Assembly: GCA_963828255.1 (NCBI GenBank)
Contig: CAWHDZ010000033.1
Location: 1 to 43,585, forward strand
Length of the DNA: 43,585 nucleotides
Direction of reading: 5' to 3'
Origin: an uncultured delta proteobacterium
GTDB taxonomy: Bacteria; Myxococcota; Myxococcia; Myxococcales; Anaeromyxobacteraceae
The notes under the pieces were generated by a model. That model was not told the origin of the DNA, ran no database searches, and saw nothing but the letters and a program-made list of their open reading frames with translations. The translations under genes and the position numbers were made by a program. Within the stretch, counting starts at the first letter, position 1. Each line of letters starts with the position of its first letter. Below are positions 1 to 10,255 of this stretch, piece by piece.

Positions 1-766
1 CCTTCACCACGATCACCGTGATGTTGTCGTCGCCCCCACGCTCGTTGGCGAGGGCCACCAGCTTCTCGGGGGCTTCGGCGAGGCGGGAGCCGGCGGCGAT
101 CTCCAGGATCTCCGCGTCGGTGACCAGGTTGGACAGGCCGTCGCAGCAGAGGACGATGGAGTCCCCCTTCTCGACCTCGAGCCCGACCACGTCCACGAGG
201 ACCTCCTCCTCGAACCCCACCGACCGGGTGATGATGTTTCGGAAGCGGCTCTGCCGCGCCTCCTCCTCGGTGATGGCCCCGGCCTTCAACTGCTCGTTCA
301 CGAGGGAGTGATCCTCGGAGAGCTGGAAGATGCGACCGCCACGCAGCAGGTAGCAGCGGCTGTCCCCCACGTGGGCGATGAAGGCGGTGTGGCCGACGAC
401 GAGCGCGGCCGTCACCGTGGTGCCCATGCCGGCCAGGCTGGGGTCTTCCTGGGCGGCGCCGTAGATGGCCTTGCAGGCCGACTCGACGGCGACGCGGAGG
501 ACCGAGGGGAAGTGGCTCGCGTCGGCGGCGGCCGGGGACTCGAAGGCAGCCGGCGACGCCGCCTGCGCCGCGCGGATACGATCCTGGATGGTCCTGACCG
601 CGATGGACGACGCGGTGCCCCCGCCGGCGTGGCCGCCCATCCCGTCGGCGACGACGAAGAGCGCGTCTTCCAGGTCCACGAGGAGGGCGTCCTCGTTGTG
701 CTCGCGGCGCCGGCCGACGTCGGTGACGCCGCGGGCTTCGATGGAAAGTGGAGGTGGGGCGGCCAC
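1..766 (-). CDS. PP2C/Stp1-family Ser/Thr protein phosphatase, 3' end runs off the window
   Basis: Not in the ORF track. Manual minus-strand translation from GTG at 766 gives TDVGRRREHNEDA, VADGMGGHAGG, AHVGDSRCY, LCCDGL and ERGGDDNITVIVV, which are the PP2C motifs. Confidence 0.9.
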   Translation of the reverse strand, partial: MAAPPPLSIEARGVTDVGRRREHNEDALLVDLEDALFVVADGMGGHAGGGTASSIAVRTIQDRIRAAQAASPAAFESPAAADASHFPSVLRVAVESACKAIYGAAQEDPSLAGMGTTVTAALVVGHTAFIAHVGDSRCYLLRGGRIFQLSEDHSLVNEQLKAGAITEEEARQSRFRNIITRSVGFEEEVLVDVVGLEVEKGDSIVLCCDGLSNLVTDAEILEIAAGSRLAEAPEKLVALANERGGDDNITVIVVK

Positions 767-822
767 GAGCGGCGCGGATGGTAGCCTCGACCTCCAGCGC
801 GGGTCAACGACGGGTATTCGAC

Positions 823-2622
823 TCACGCGCGGGCCGCTTCCCCCCTGTGGCGGTGCGCCCGGACCGCTGCCCGGGCTGGCCGCCCTGGCGCGCACTTCCC
901 CGGCTCGCGGGCCGCGGACATGAGCGCCGCAGCGTGCTCCAGCGCCGAGGCGGTGACCGTCTGCCCGGCCAGCATGCGCGCCACCTCGGCCCTCCGGTCG
1001 GCCTCGGCGGGGAGCGGCACCACCCCCGTCGTGGTGCGACCCGACACCACACGCTTCTCGACCCGGGCGTGAAGGTCGGCGAAGGCCGCCACCTGCGGGA
1101 GGTGGGTGACGCAGATGACCTGCCGGTCGCGGGCCACCGCGGCAAGCACCCTCCCGACCGCCTCGGCGACGGCCCCGCCGATTCCGGCATCGACCTCGTC
1201 GAAGACGTAGGACAGGACCGGATCGGCACGGGAGAGGGCGCGCTTCACGGCGAGAAGCACCCGCGAGAGCTCTCCCCCGGACGCCACCCGGCCGAGCGGG
1301 CGCGCCGGCTCCCCGGGGTTGGGGGCGATGAGGATCTCGGCGGTCTCTGCGCCAGAAGCGCCGAGCCGGTGCCCACCCGCCTCGACGCAGCCCGCCGGAG
1401 CCGAGAATGCCACCTCGACGCGGCAGCGTGACATGGCGAGCCCCTCGAGCTCCTCGGCCACCGCCCGGCGGAAGACCTGGGCGGCCCGCCGCCGCTCCCG
1501 CCCCAGCTCGGCCGCGAGCCCGGCCGCCTCGCCTGCCGCGACGGCCACCGCCCTGGCCACCTGGGCCCGCCGCCCCTCGGCGCCGGTGAGCCCGGAAAGC
1601 TCGGCCTTCATGGCCTCGCGGCGGGAGAGGGCCGCCTCCAGGCTGCCCCCGTGCTTGCGGACGATGCCGCGCAGCGCCGCGATGCGGTCGTCCACCTCGG
1701 CGAGCCGGTCGGGGTCGCCGCCCAGCGAGCCGGCGTAACGGGTGAGGGAGCGCCCGGCCTCCTCCACCTCGGCCGCCGCCGAGCGGAGCAGGGACAGGAC
1801 CTGCTCGAGGCGGGGGTCGAGCGCCGAGGCGTCCTGGAGCGCGCGCAGGGCCTGACCGATGCGCTCGGCCGCGCTCCCCTCGTCGCCGTACGCGAGGGCC
1901 TCGGCCCCGCGGGCCGCCTCGGCGAGCCGGGCGGCGCCTGCGAGCACCTTGCGCTCCTGGTCGAGCCGGGCGTCCTCGCCCGGGCTCGGGTCCACCCCCT
2001 CGAGCTCCTCGAGCTGGAAGGAGAGGTAGTCGGCGCGGCGGGCCCGCTCCCCCTCGTCGTCCGCCAGGGCCCGCTCCTCCCGCACCAGCGCCGACAGGGC
2101 CTCGAAGGCCTCCCGGTACCGCGCGCGCAGGCCGCCGGGAGCCGCCGCCCCGGCGAAGGCGTCCACGAGGTCGAGGTGGGTCCCGGCGTCGAGGAGGGAC
2201 ACGTGCTCGTGCTGGCCGGTCACGTCCACCACGCCCCGCATCGCGCCTTCCAGGATGGCCACGGTGCAGAGCGCGCCGTTCACGAAGACCCTGCCCCGGC
2301 CGGCCCGGGACACCACGCGGCGCACCAGCAGCTCGGCGACCCCGTCCCCCGCCCCGTCCCTCGCCGGAACCCCTGCCGCCTCGAGGCGCGCCAGCGCCGG
2401 GTGGTCGGCCGGGAGCTCGAAGATGGCCTCGACCGAGGCCTCGTCCGCCCCCTCCCGCAGGAGATCGGCGCTCATGCGCCCCCCGAGCACGAGGTGGAGG
2501 GCCCCGACGAGGAGCGACTTGCCCGCCCCGGTCTCCCCGGTGAGGACGTTCAGTCCCGGACCGAACCGGACCTCCACCTGGTCCACCACCGCAAAACCCG
2601 TGATGCGCAAGGTCGTCAGCAT
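823..2622 (-). CDS. recN: DNA repair protein RecN
   Basis: MLTTLRI start, Walker A GETGAGKS, signature SGGE, FDEVDAG, VTHLPQVAA. Confidence 0.95.
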   Translation of the reverse strand: MLTTLRITGFAVVDQVEVRFGPGLNVLTGETGAGKSLLVGALHLVLGGRMSADLLREGADEASVEAIFELPADHPALARLEAAGVPARDGAGDGVAELLVRRVVSRAGRGRVFVNGALCTVAILEGAMRGVVDVTGQHEHVSLLDAGTHLDLVDAFAGAAAPGGLRARYREAFEALSALVREERALADDEGERARRADYLSFQLEELEGVDPSPGEDARLDQERKVLAGAARLAEAARGAEALAYGDEGSAAERIGQALRALQDASALDPRLEQVLSLLRSAAAEVEEAGRSLTRYAGSLGGDPDRLAEVDDRIAALRGIVRKHGGSLEAALSRREAMKAELSGLTGAEGRRAQVARAVAVAAGEAAGLAAELGRERRRAAQVFRRAVAEELEGLAMSRCRVEVAFSAPAGCVEAGGHRLGASGAETAEILIAPNPGEPARPLGRVASGGELSRVLLAVKRALSRADPVLSYVFDEVDAGIGGAVAEAVGRVLAAVARDRQVICVTHLPQVAAFADLHARVEKRVVSGRTTTGVVPLPAEADRRAEVARMLAGQTVTASALEHAAALMSAAREPGKCAPGRPARAAVRAHRHRGEAARA

Positions 2623-2731
2623 GGGCAGGAGTCTGCCACCGCCCCCTGACACTGCGCAAGCTTTCAGGTGACGGCCCGTTCAGCCCGTCCTTCCCGCGGC
2701 CTTCCCTCCGGGCGCGGGGTAGGCTCACCCC

Positions 2732-3277
2732 GTGACCCTCCGTCGATTCGCCAGGCGCTTCCTCCTCCTCCTCGCGCTCGCGGCCGCCTCTCCCGTCTCG
2801 GCGCGGGCCGAGTTCCACGCCGCCATCTCCGGCGGCGCCTACCTGCCGTCGGGCACCTCGTCGTTCGGCGCCCTCGAGGCGCTCCCGTCGGCGTCGCTCT
2901 CGGTGGGGTGGGACTCCGAATACTTCGGCGCTGCGGTCTGGGCCGGGCTCGTCAACACCCGGGCCGGAATCCTGCTCCAGGAGAACTGCTTCCCGGTGGT
3001 GTTCCGGGCTCGCGGTCGCCTCCCGCTCGGCCTCGCCGTCCCCTTCGTCTACGGGGGCGTCGGCTTCGCCCCGTCCCGCGCGATCCTGATCTCGGGCACC
3101 TACGAGACCGTGGCCTTCACCGCGCAGGCGGGCGCCGGCGTGGACCTGGTCTTCGGCGACATGTTCACCATCGGTGCAGAGGCCGGGTACCTGTGGCTCT
3201 CCCCGACCTACGGGTTCGGCACGGTGGACATGGACGGCACGCTGCTGCTCGCCACCTTCGGGCTTCGCTTCCCTTGA
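2732..3277 (+). CDS. Secreted outer-membrane beta-barrel-like protein
   Basis: Signal peptide ending ARA, alternating hydrophobic strands, C-terminal FGLRFP. Confidence 0.65.
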   Translation: MTLRRFARRFLLLLALAAASPVSARAEFHAAISGGAYLPSGTSSFGALEALPSASLSVGWDSEYFGAAVWAGLVNTRAGILLQENCFPVVFRARGRLPLGLAVPFVYGGVGFAPSRAILISGTYETVAFTAQAGAGVDLVFGDMFTIGAEAGYLWLSPTYGFGTVDMDGTLLLATFGLRFP

Positions 3278-3278
3278 G

Positions 3279-4121
3279 TCAGCGCTCGCCCCAGCGCAGC
3301 TTGGCCCGCAGGATCCCGAAGAAGTGGAAGGCCGGGTTCTGGACCAGGAGCACCCGGTTCGGGGAGGACTTCACCTGTACCCGGTCGCCGCGGGAGAGCG
3401 CCACGCCCTCCTGGCCGTCGAGGGACAGGTAGACCTTGGCGTCGTTCAGCAGGACGACGTTGATGGGCCGGTCGTCGGGGACCAGCAGCGGGCGCTGGGT
3501 GAGCGTGTGCGGGCAGATGGGGTTGATGATCACCCCCCGCATGGTCGGGTAGACGATGGGGCCGTTGGCCGCCAGCGAGTAGGCGGTGGATCCGGTGGGC
3601 GTGGCGATGATCACCCCGTCGGCCTTGTAGTTCGTGAGGTAGGACTCCCCGTACGAGGTGTCGAGCTCGGCCATGGGGGAGTGGGCGCCCTTGGAGATGA
3701 CCGCGTCGTTCAGCACCTCGGCGTCGAGCTCGGGTCCGCCGCTCGTGCCCCCCCGGTGCAGGTGGACGCGCAGCTTCATCCGCGGCGACACGGTGGACTG
3801 GCCGGCCAGCACCTGCTCGAGCGCCGGGTACATGTCGCTCTGCGGGACCTCGGTCATGAAGCCCAGGCTGCCCATGTTGATGCCCAGGATGGGCGCCGGG
3901 CGCCCGGCCAGCAGCCGCGAGGCGTGGATGAGCGTGCCGTCTCCGCCCAGGACCACCACCAGGTCGGCGTCCCGGCCCACGGCCACCTCTTCGCGCAGGA
4001 CGTCGATGCCCTTCCCGCGCAGGAAGCTCTCGACGTAGTGGGCCGTCTCGACGGCCTCGGCCGAGCTCTTCTTCGGAACGATGCCAATCCGGCGCGGGAC
4101 GGGGCAGGGCAGGGCTTCCAT
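3279..4121 (-). CDS. nadK: NAD(+) kinase
   Basis: GGDGT, LND, DG..IATPTGSTAYSLAANGPI motifs; start MEALP at 4121. Confidence 0.95.
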   Translation of the reverse strand: MEALPCPVPRRIGIVPKKSSAEAVETAHYVESFLRGKGIDVLREEVAVGRDADLVVVLGGDGTLIHASRLLAGRPAPILGINMGSLGFMTEVPQSDMYPALEQVLAGQSTVSPRMKLRVHLHRGGTSGGPELDAEVLNDAVISKGAHSPMAELDTSYGESYLTNYKADGVIIATPTGSTAYSLAANGPIVYPTMRGVIINPICPHTLTQRPLLVPDDRPINVVLLNDAKVYLSLDGQEGVALSRGDRVQVKSSPNRVLLVQNPAFHFFGILRAKLRWGER

Positions 4122-4149
4122 CCGGCGCAATATATAGTGTCCCGGCCCC

Positions 4150-5466
4150 ATGGACCTCTTCGACCACGCCCTCGACCGGGACGACGCCGGCAAGCCGCTC
4201 CCGGAGCGGCTCCGCCCGCGCCGCCTGGAGGAGTTCGTGGGACAGGAGCACGTGCTCGGGCCGGGGAGCGCGCTGCGCCGGGCCATCGAGGCCGACCAGG
4301 TCCCCTCCCTCATCCTCTGGGGCCCTCCCGGGACCGGGAAGACCACGCTCGGGCACATCGTGGCCGAGCGCACCGGTGCGACCTTCGTCCCCTTCTCCGC
4401 CGTCCTGGGCGGGGTGAAGGAGATCCGCGAGATCGTCGCGGCGGCCCGCGAGCGGCGCCGCCTGCACCGGCAGCGGACCATCCTCTTCGTGGACGAGATC
4501 CACCGCTTCTCCCGCTCCCAGCAGGACGCCTTCCTCCCCCACGTCGAGGCCGGGACCGTCACGCTGGTGGGGGCCACCACCGAGAACCCCTCCTTCGAGA
4601 TCAACGGGGCGCTCCTCTCCCGTTGCCGGGTGGTGACGCTGCGGGCCCTCACCGACGAGGAGGTGGGGACGCTGCTCGACCGGGCGGTGGCCTCGCCGCG
4701 CGGGCTCTCCGGGACCATCCGGCTCTCCGCCGAGGCCCGCGAGTCGCTCTCCCGCTCGGCCTACGGCGACGCGCGCCGAGCGCTCGTGGCGCTCGAGTCG
4801 GCCGCCGCCGCGGTGCGCCTCACGGGGCGGGAGGAGATCTCCGCCGCGGACGCCGAGGAGGCGATGCAGCACAAGCCGCTGCCCTACGACAAGGCCGGCG
4901 AGCAGCACTACGACCTGGCCAGCGCCTTCATCAAGTCGATGCGCGGCTCCGACCCCGACGCCGCCGTCTACTACATGGTGCGCATGCTGGAGGGGGGCGA
5001 GGAGCCACGCTTCGTGGTGCGGCGCATGGTGATCTTCGCCGCCGAGGACGTGGGAAACGCCGACCCCCAGGCGCTCGTCGTCGCCACCGCGGCCCTTCAG
5101 GCGCTCGAGCTCGTGGGCATGCCCGAGGGGGTGCTCCCCCTCACCCAGGCCGCCACCTACCTGGCGCTGGCGCCCAAGTCGAACACGGTCATCGCAGCCT
5201 ACGCCGCGGCCCGCAAGCTGGTGCTCGAGAAGGGGCCGCTCCCGGTGCCCCTCTCGCTGCGCAATGCGCCCACCCGGCTCATGGAGTCGATGGGCTACGG
5301 GGGCGGCTACCGCTACCCGCACAACTTCGAGGGGCACTACGTCGCCGAGGAATACCTGCCCGACGCGCTGCGCGGCGCACGCATCGTGAGCCCGTCGGGG
5401 AGCGGGCTCGAGCGCGAGCTCTTCGAGCGCCTGGCGCGGCTGCGCGCCGGGAAGAAGGACGGGTGA
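4150..5466 (+). CDS. rarA: Replication-associated recombination AAA+ ATPase RarA/MgsA
   Basis: PLPERLRP, GPPGTGKT, VDEIHRF, GATTENP, SAFIKSMRGSDPDAA, YRYPH. Confidence 0.95.
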   Translation: MDLFDHALDRDDAGKPLPERLRPRRLEEFVGQEHVLGPGSALRRAIEADQVPSLILWGPPGTGKTTLGHIVAERTGATFVPFSAVLGGVKEIREIVAAARERRRLHRQRTILFVDEIHRFSRSQQDAFLPHVEAGTVTLVGATTENPSFEINGALLSRCRVVTLRALTDEEVGTLLDRAVASPRGLSGTIRLSAEARESLSRSAYGDARRALVALESAAAAVRLTGREEISAADAEEAMQHKPLPYDKAGEQHYDLASAFIKSMRGSDPDAAVYYMVRMLEGGEEPRFVVRRMVIFAAEDVGNADPQALVVATAALQALELVGMPEGVLPLTQAATYLALAPKSNTVIAAYAAARKLVLEKGPLPVPLSLRNAPTRLMESMGYGGGYRYPHNFEGHYVAEEYLPDALRGARIVSPSGSGLERELFERLARLRAGKKDG

Positions 5467-5485
5467 CGGCCGGCCGGGGTGGGCC

Positions 5486-5953
5486 CTACGCCGGGTACTT
5501 CCCGGTCACGTAGTCCACCAGGTCCTGGATCTGCCCCTCGCGGTTCCGCACCAGCCAGTGGTTCAGGTCTCCCTGCGAAACCACGCCCACCACGGTGCTC
5601 CCCTCCACCACCGGGACGTGGCGGATGCGCTTCTCGGAGATGACCCTCATGGCGTCCACGACCGACGAGCTGGGGCGCATCACCACCAGGTCGCGGGTCA
5701 TCACCTCGGCCACCCGGGTGGTCGCCGGGTCGCGCCGCTCGCCCACCACCCGGCGCAGGATGTCCCTCTCGGTGAAGATGCCCAGGAGCTTGCCACCGTC
5801 CATGACCAGCACCGAACCCACCAGGTGTCGGTTCAGCACCTCGACGGCTGCGGCCACGGTGACGTCGGGGGGCACGGACAGGATGGCAGTGCCGCGCCCC
5901 TTCCCGGCGAGCACCTGCGAGAGCGGCGTCTGCGTATCGGGCTTCAGGTCCAT
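5486..5953 (-). CDS. CBS domain-pair protein
   Basis: GIFTERDI, VAEVMT, IRHVPV, GVVSQGDL; start MDLKP at 5953. Confidence 0.9.
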   Translation of the reverse strand: MDLKPDTQTPLSQVLAGKGRGTAILSVPPDVTVAAAVEVLNRHLVGSVLVMDGGKLLGIFTERDILRRVVGERRDPATTRVAEVMTRDLVVMRPSSSVVDAMRVISEKRIRHVPVVEGSTVVGVVSQGDLNHWLVRNREGQIQDLVDYVTGKYPA

Positions 5954-6013
5954 GGGGAGCCTCCGTTGGACGGGGGCTATATCCCGGGGCGCTTCCCGGC
6001 GCATGATGTGGCG

Positions 6014-6670
6014 ATGGTCTTCTACCTCCACGGCTTCGCCTCGGGCCCGGGCTCGACCAAGGCCACCGCCGTCGCGGCCGGGCTGGCGGCGGACCGCATC
6101 GTGCCGGTCCGGCTCGACCTCACGCCGGGGCCGGAAGGGTTCGAGCGGAGCACCCCCTCGTCGATGCTCGCCATCGTGGAGGAGGCGCTCCACTCCGCGC
6201 CCGGCCCCCACGTGGTCATCGGAAGCTCGCTGGGGGGCTGGCTCGCCGCGCTGGCCGCGTCGCGCAACCCCTCGGTGGCCCGCCTCGTGCTGCTCGCCCC
6301 GGCCTTCCGGCTCCACGAGCGCTGGAGGGCGAGGCTGGCCCCGGCCGACCTGGCCCGCTGGGAGCGGGAGGGCGGCGTGGAGGTCCACCACCACGCCACG
6401 AACCGCCCCCGCCGCATCGGCTGGGCCTTCTTCGCGGACGCGGAGGACTGGCCGCCCTTCCCGGTGGTGCACGTCCCGGCGCTCTGCATCGCCGGCGGCC
6501 GCGACGACACCGTCCCGCTCGAGGACGTGCGGGCCTGGGTGGACCGCACGCCCGGCGCCCGGCTCGTGGTGGTGGACGACGGCCACGAGCTGACCGGGTC
6601 GCTGCCCCGGATCGTGGAGCTGACCCGGGCCTTCCTGGACGACGCGCCGTCCGGGCGCCCGCGCGAGTGA
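6014..6670 (+). CDS. YqiA/YcfP-like alpha/beta hydrolase (esterase)
   Basis: YLHGFASGP, nucleophile GSSLGG, DDTV, DDGH. Confidence 0.85.
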   Translation: MVFYLHGFASGPGSTKATAVAAGLAADRIVPVRLDLTPGPEGFERSTPSSMLAIVEEALHSAPGPHVVIGSSLGGWLAALAASRNPSVARLVLLAPAFRLHERWRARLAPADLARWEREGGVEVHHHATNRPRRIGWAFFADAEDWPPFPVVHVPALCIAGGRDDTVPLEDVRAWVDRTPGARLVVVDDGHELTGSLPRIVELTRAFLDDAPSGRPRE

Positions 6671-6679
6671 ACCCCGCCG

Positions 6680-8152
<1,473 letters not shown>

Positions 8153-8166
8153 GGGATTCTCTCCTG

Positions 8167-9696
8167 TCACGTGGCCTGCTCGGCGGGCAGGTCGACGACG
8201 AACCGCGCGCCGCCCTCCCGCAGGTTCTCGAAGCGGATCGACCCGCCGTGTTCCTCGGCGATGCGGTAGCAGATGGAGAGTCCGAGGCCCGTCCCCTGCC
8301 CTTCCGGCTTGGTGGTGAAGAACGGCTCGAAGATGCGCTCGGCGATCCCGGCGGCGATCCCCGGGCCGTCGTCGGCGACGCTGACCACCACCCTCCCCGG
8401 CGCGCCGGGACCGGTGTGGACCACGACCATTCCCTTGCCCTGGACGGCCTGCGTCGCGTTCACGATCAGGTTCACCACCACCTGCTGGAGCTGGTTGGCG
8501 TTGCCGGTGGTGCGGGCCGGGCCGAGCTCCCGGACCACGGTCACCTTCTCGTCGCGCAGGTTGGGCTGGAGGATGAGGAGCGCATCCTCGACCACCCGGG
8601 GCAGGTCCACGGGCCCCCGCTCGTGCTCCTTGGGGGCGCGGGAGAAGCGGAGCAGCGAGTCCACGATGCGCTTGGCCCGCATGGCCGCGTCGCTGATGAG
8701 GCGCAGGCTCTCCTCGTCGTCGGGGGAGCGCTCGTCCTGGGCCATGATCTGGGCGAAGGCCAGGATGCCGCCGAGCGGGTTGTTGATCTCGTGCGCCACG
8801 CCGCCCGCGAGCTGGCCGAGCGCCGACATCTTCTCGGCCTGGAAGAGGCGCCGCGTGACCTCGCGCTCCTGGGTGACGTCCTTGTAGACCACGACCAGCG
8901 CGTCGACGCCGAAGGGGAAGGCGCGCATCAGCCAGACCCGGTTCCGGAAGGGGACCACCCGTTCCGGAGCCTCGTCGAGGTGCGGCCGCGGGCAGGGGAG
9001 CTCGCCGAAGGCGTGCCCGCTGCAGCGGAGCCCGGGAAGCTCCCCCACCGCCACGCCGGCCTGCCGCGCGAAGCCCGAGTTGGCGCGGACGACCTCGCAC
9101 CCGCCCCGGATGATGGCGAGCGGGTCGGCGATGGCGTCGAAGCAGGTGCGCCACTCCTGGGCGGCCTGCCGGAGCGCCTCCGTGCGGGCCTCCAGCTTGC
9201 CTTCGAGGTCGCGGTTCAGCCACTCCAGCTCCGCCTGACGGGCGGTGAGCATGGCCTGGAGCCGCTGGTTCTCCTCCATCATCCAGAACCGGTCGATGGC
9301 GTCCTGGACGGTGAGCAGGAGGTAGCTCTCGTCCCAGGGCTTCCAGATGAAGCGGAAGATCTCGGAGCGGTTGACCGCCTCCTCGATGGCCGCCGTGTCG
9401 GCCTGTCCGGTGAGGAGCACGCGCTGGATGGCCGGGTAGCGCTCCTTCACGACCTGCAGGAACTCCACCCCGTCCATGCCCGGCATCCGGTAGTCGGAGA
9501 CCACGACGTGCACCTGCGCGCGCGCCAGGATCTCGAGGGCGGTCGCCGCCTCGGGCGCCTCGAGGAAGGTGCAGGAGGTCCGGCGCAGCACGCGGCGCAG
9601 GGAGCGGCGGACGTGCTCGTCGTCGTCCACGACGAGGACCGAGGCCTCGCGGGAGAGCGCGACCGACTTCGAGCTGGGCTTCACCTTGGGTTCCAT
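8167..9696 (-). CDS. Hybrid sensor histidine kinase (N-terminal REC, PAS-like, HisKA, HATPase)
   Basis: VLVVDDD...SDYRMP receiver, H-box GGVAHEINNPL, DDGPGI, FEPFFTTK, GTGLGL. Confidence 0.92.
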   Translation of the reverse strand: MEPKVKPSSKSVALSREASVLVVDDDEHVRRSLRRVLRRTSCTFLEAPEAATALEILARAQVHVVVSDYRMPGMDGVEFLQVVKERYPAIQRVLLTGQADTAAIEEAVNRSEIFRFIWKPWDESYLLLTVQDAIDRFWMMEENQRLQAMLTARQAELEWLNRDLEGKLEARTEALRQAAQEWRTCFDAIADPLAIIRGGCEVVRANSGFARQAGVAVGELPGLRCSGHAFGELPCPRPHLDEAPERVVPFRNRVWLMRAFPFGVDALVVVYKDVTQEREVTRRLFQAEKMSALGQLAGGVAHEINNPLGGILAFAQIMAQDERSPDDEESLRLISDAAMRAKRIVDSLLRFSRAPKEHERGPVDLPRVVEDALLILQPNLRDEKVTVVRELGPARTTGNANQLQQVVVNLIVNATQAVQGKGMVVVHTGPGAPGRVVVSVADDGPGIAAGIAERIFEPFFTTKPEGQGTGLGLSICYRIAEEHGGSIRFENLREGGARFVVDLPAEQAT

Positions 9697-9714
9697 GGCG
9701 ACGGTGTAGGGAGA

Positions 9715-9730
9715 TGCACGACCCGGTCCA
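9715..9730 (-). promoter_or_regulatory. Candidate sigma54 (-24/-12) promoter of the kinase-regulator operon
   Basis: Minus strand TGGACCGGGTCGTGCA has GG-N10-GC spacing and lies 18 nt upstream of the ATG at 9696. Confidence 0.45.
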
Positions 9731-9853
9731 GGTCCCCGCCACCCGGGGTCCCCGGGATGCCATGGTATTCACCCAGGCCTGACCTGGGTAAGCGGACACC
9801 CGGGTCATACCCGAATCAGTCAGCCGATACCGGGGTACGACCTACATGGGTCG

Positions 9854-10255
9854 TCAGCGCGAGAGGGGGGTCAGGATTCCACCCCCTCGAGATCGCGCGC
9901 CTTCCAGCGCCTTCTCGGCCGCCCTCATCAGCGCTTCCGCATCGGCGACGGAGGGTGAAGGGTAGGCCGCGACCCCCACGGACTGCGGGCCGCCGGTCGT
10001 GGGGGACGGTCCCAGCGCACCCGCCAGGCGCGTCGCCACGATGAGCGCCCCGGTGAGGGTGGTCTCGGGGAGGATCACCGCCACCCGCTCGCCGGGAGCG
10101 GGAGAGGCGGAATCGCAGAGCCGCACGGCATCCCTCACCCGGCCGAGCGCCTCCGCGCTCGGGAGCAGGTCCACGAGGAGCAGCGAGAGGTCCTGGTGGT
10201 AGCGGACCGCGCGGGCGTACTCGCGGCGGAGGCCGATCTGGAGCTCGGTCAGCAC
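9854..10255 (-). CDS. Stand-alone degenerate GGDEF-domain protein (RxxD I-site kept, active site PGERV)
   Basis: REYARAVRYHQDLSLLLVD, RLCD-5aa-PGERVAVILPET, SVGVAAYP, LMRAAEKAL. The GTG start has a GGAGGA RBS and overlaps the upstream stop. Confidence 0.8.
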   Translation of the reverse strand: MLTELQIGLRREYARAVRYHQDLSLLLVDLLPSAEALGRVRDAVRLCDSASPAPGERVAVILPETTLTGALIVATRLAGALGPSPTTGGPQSVGVAAYPSPSVADAEALMRAAEKALEGARSRGGGILTPLSR

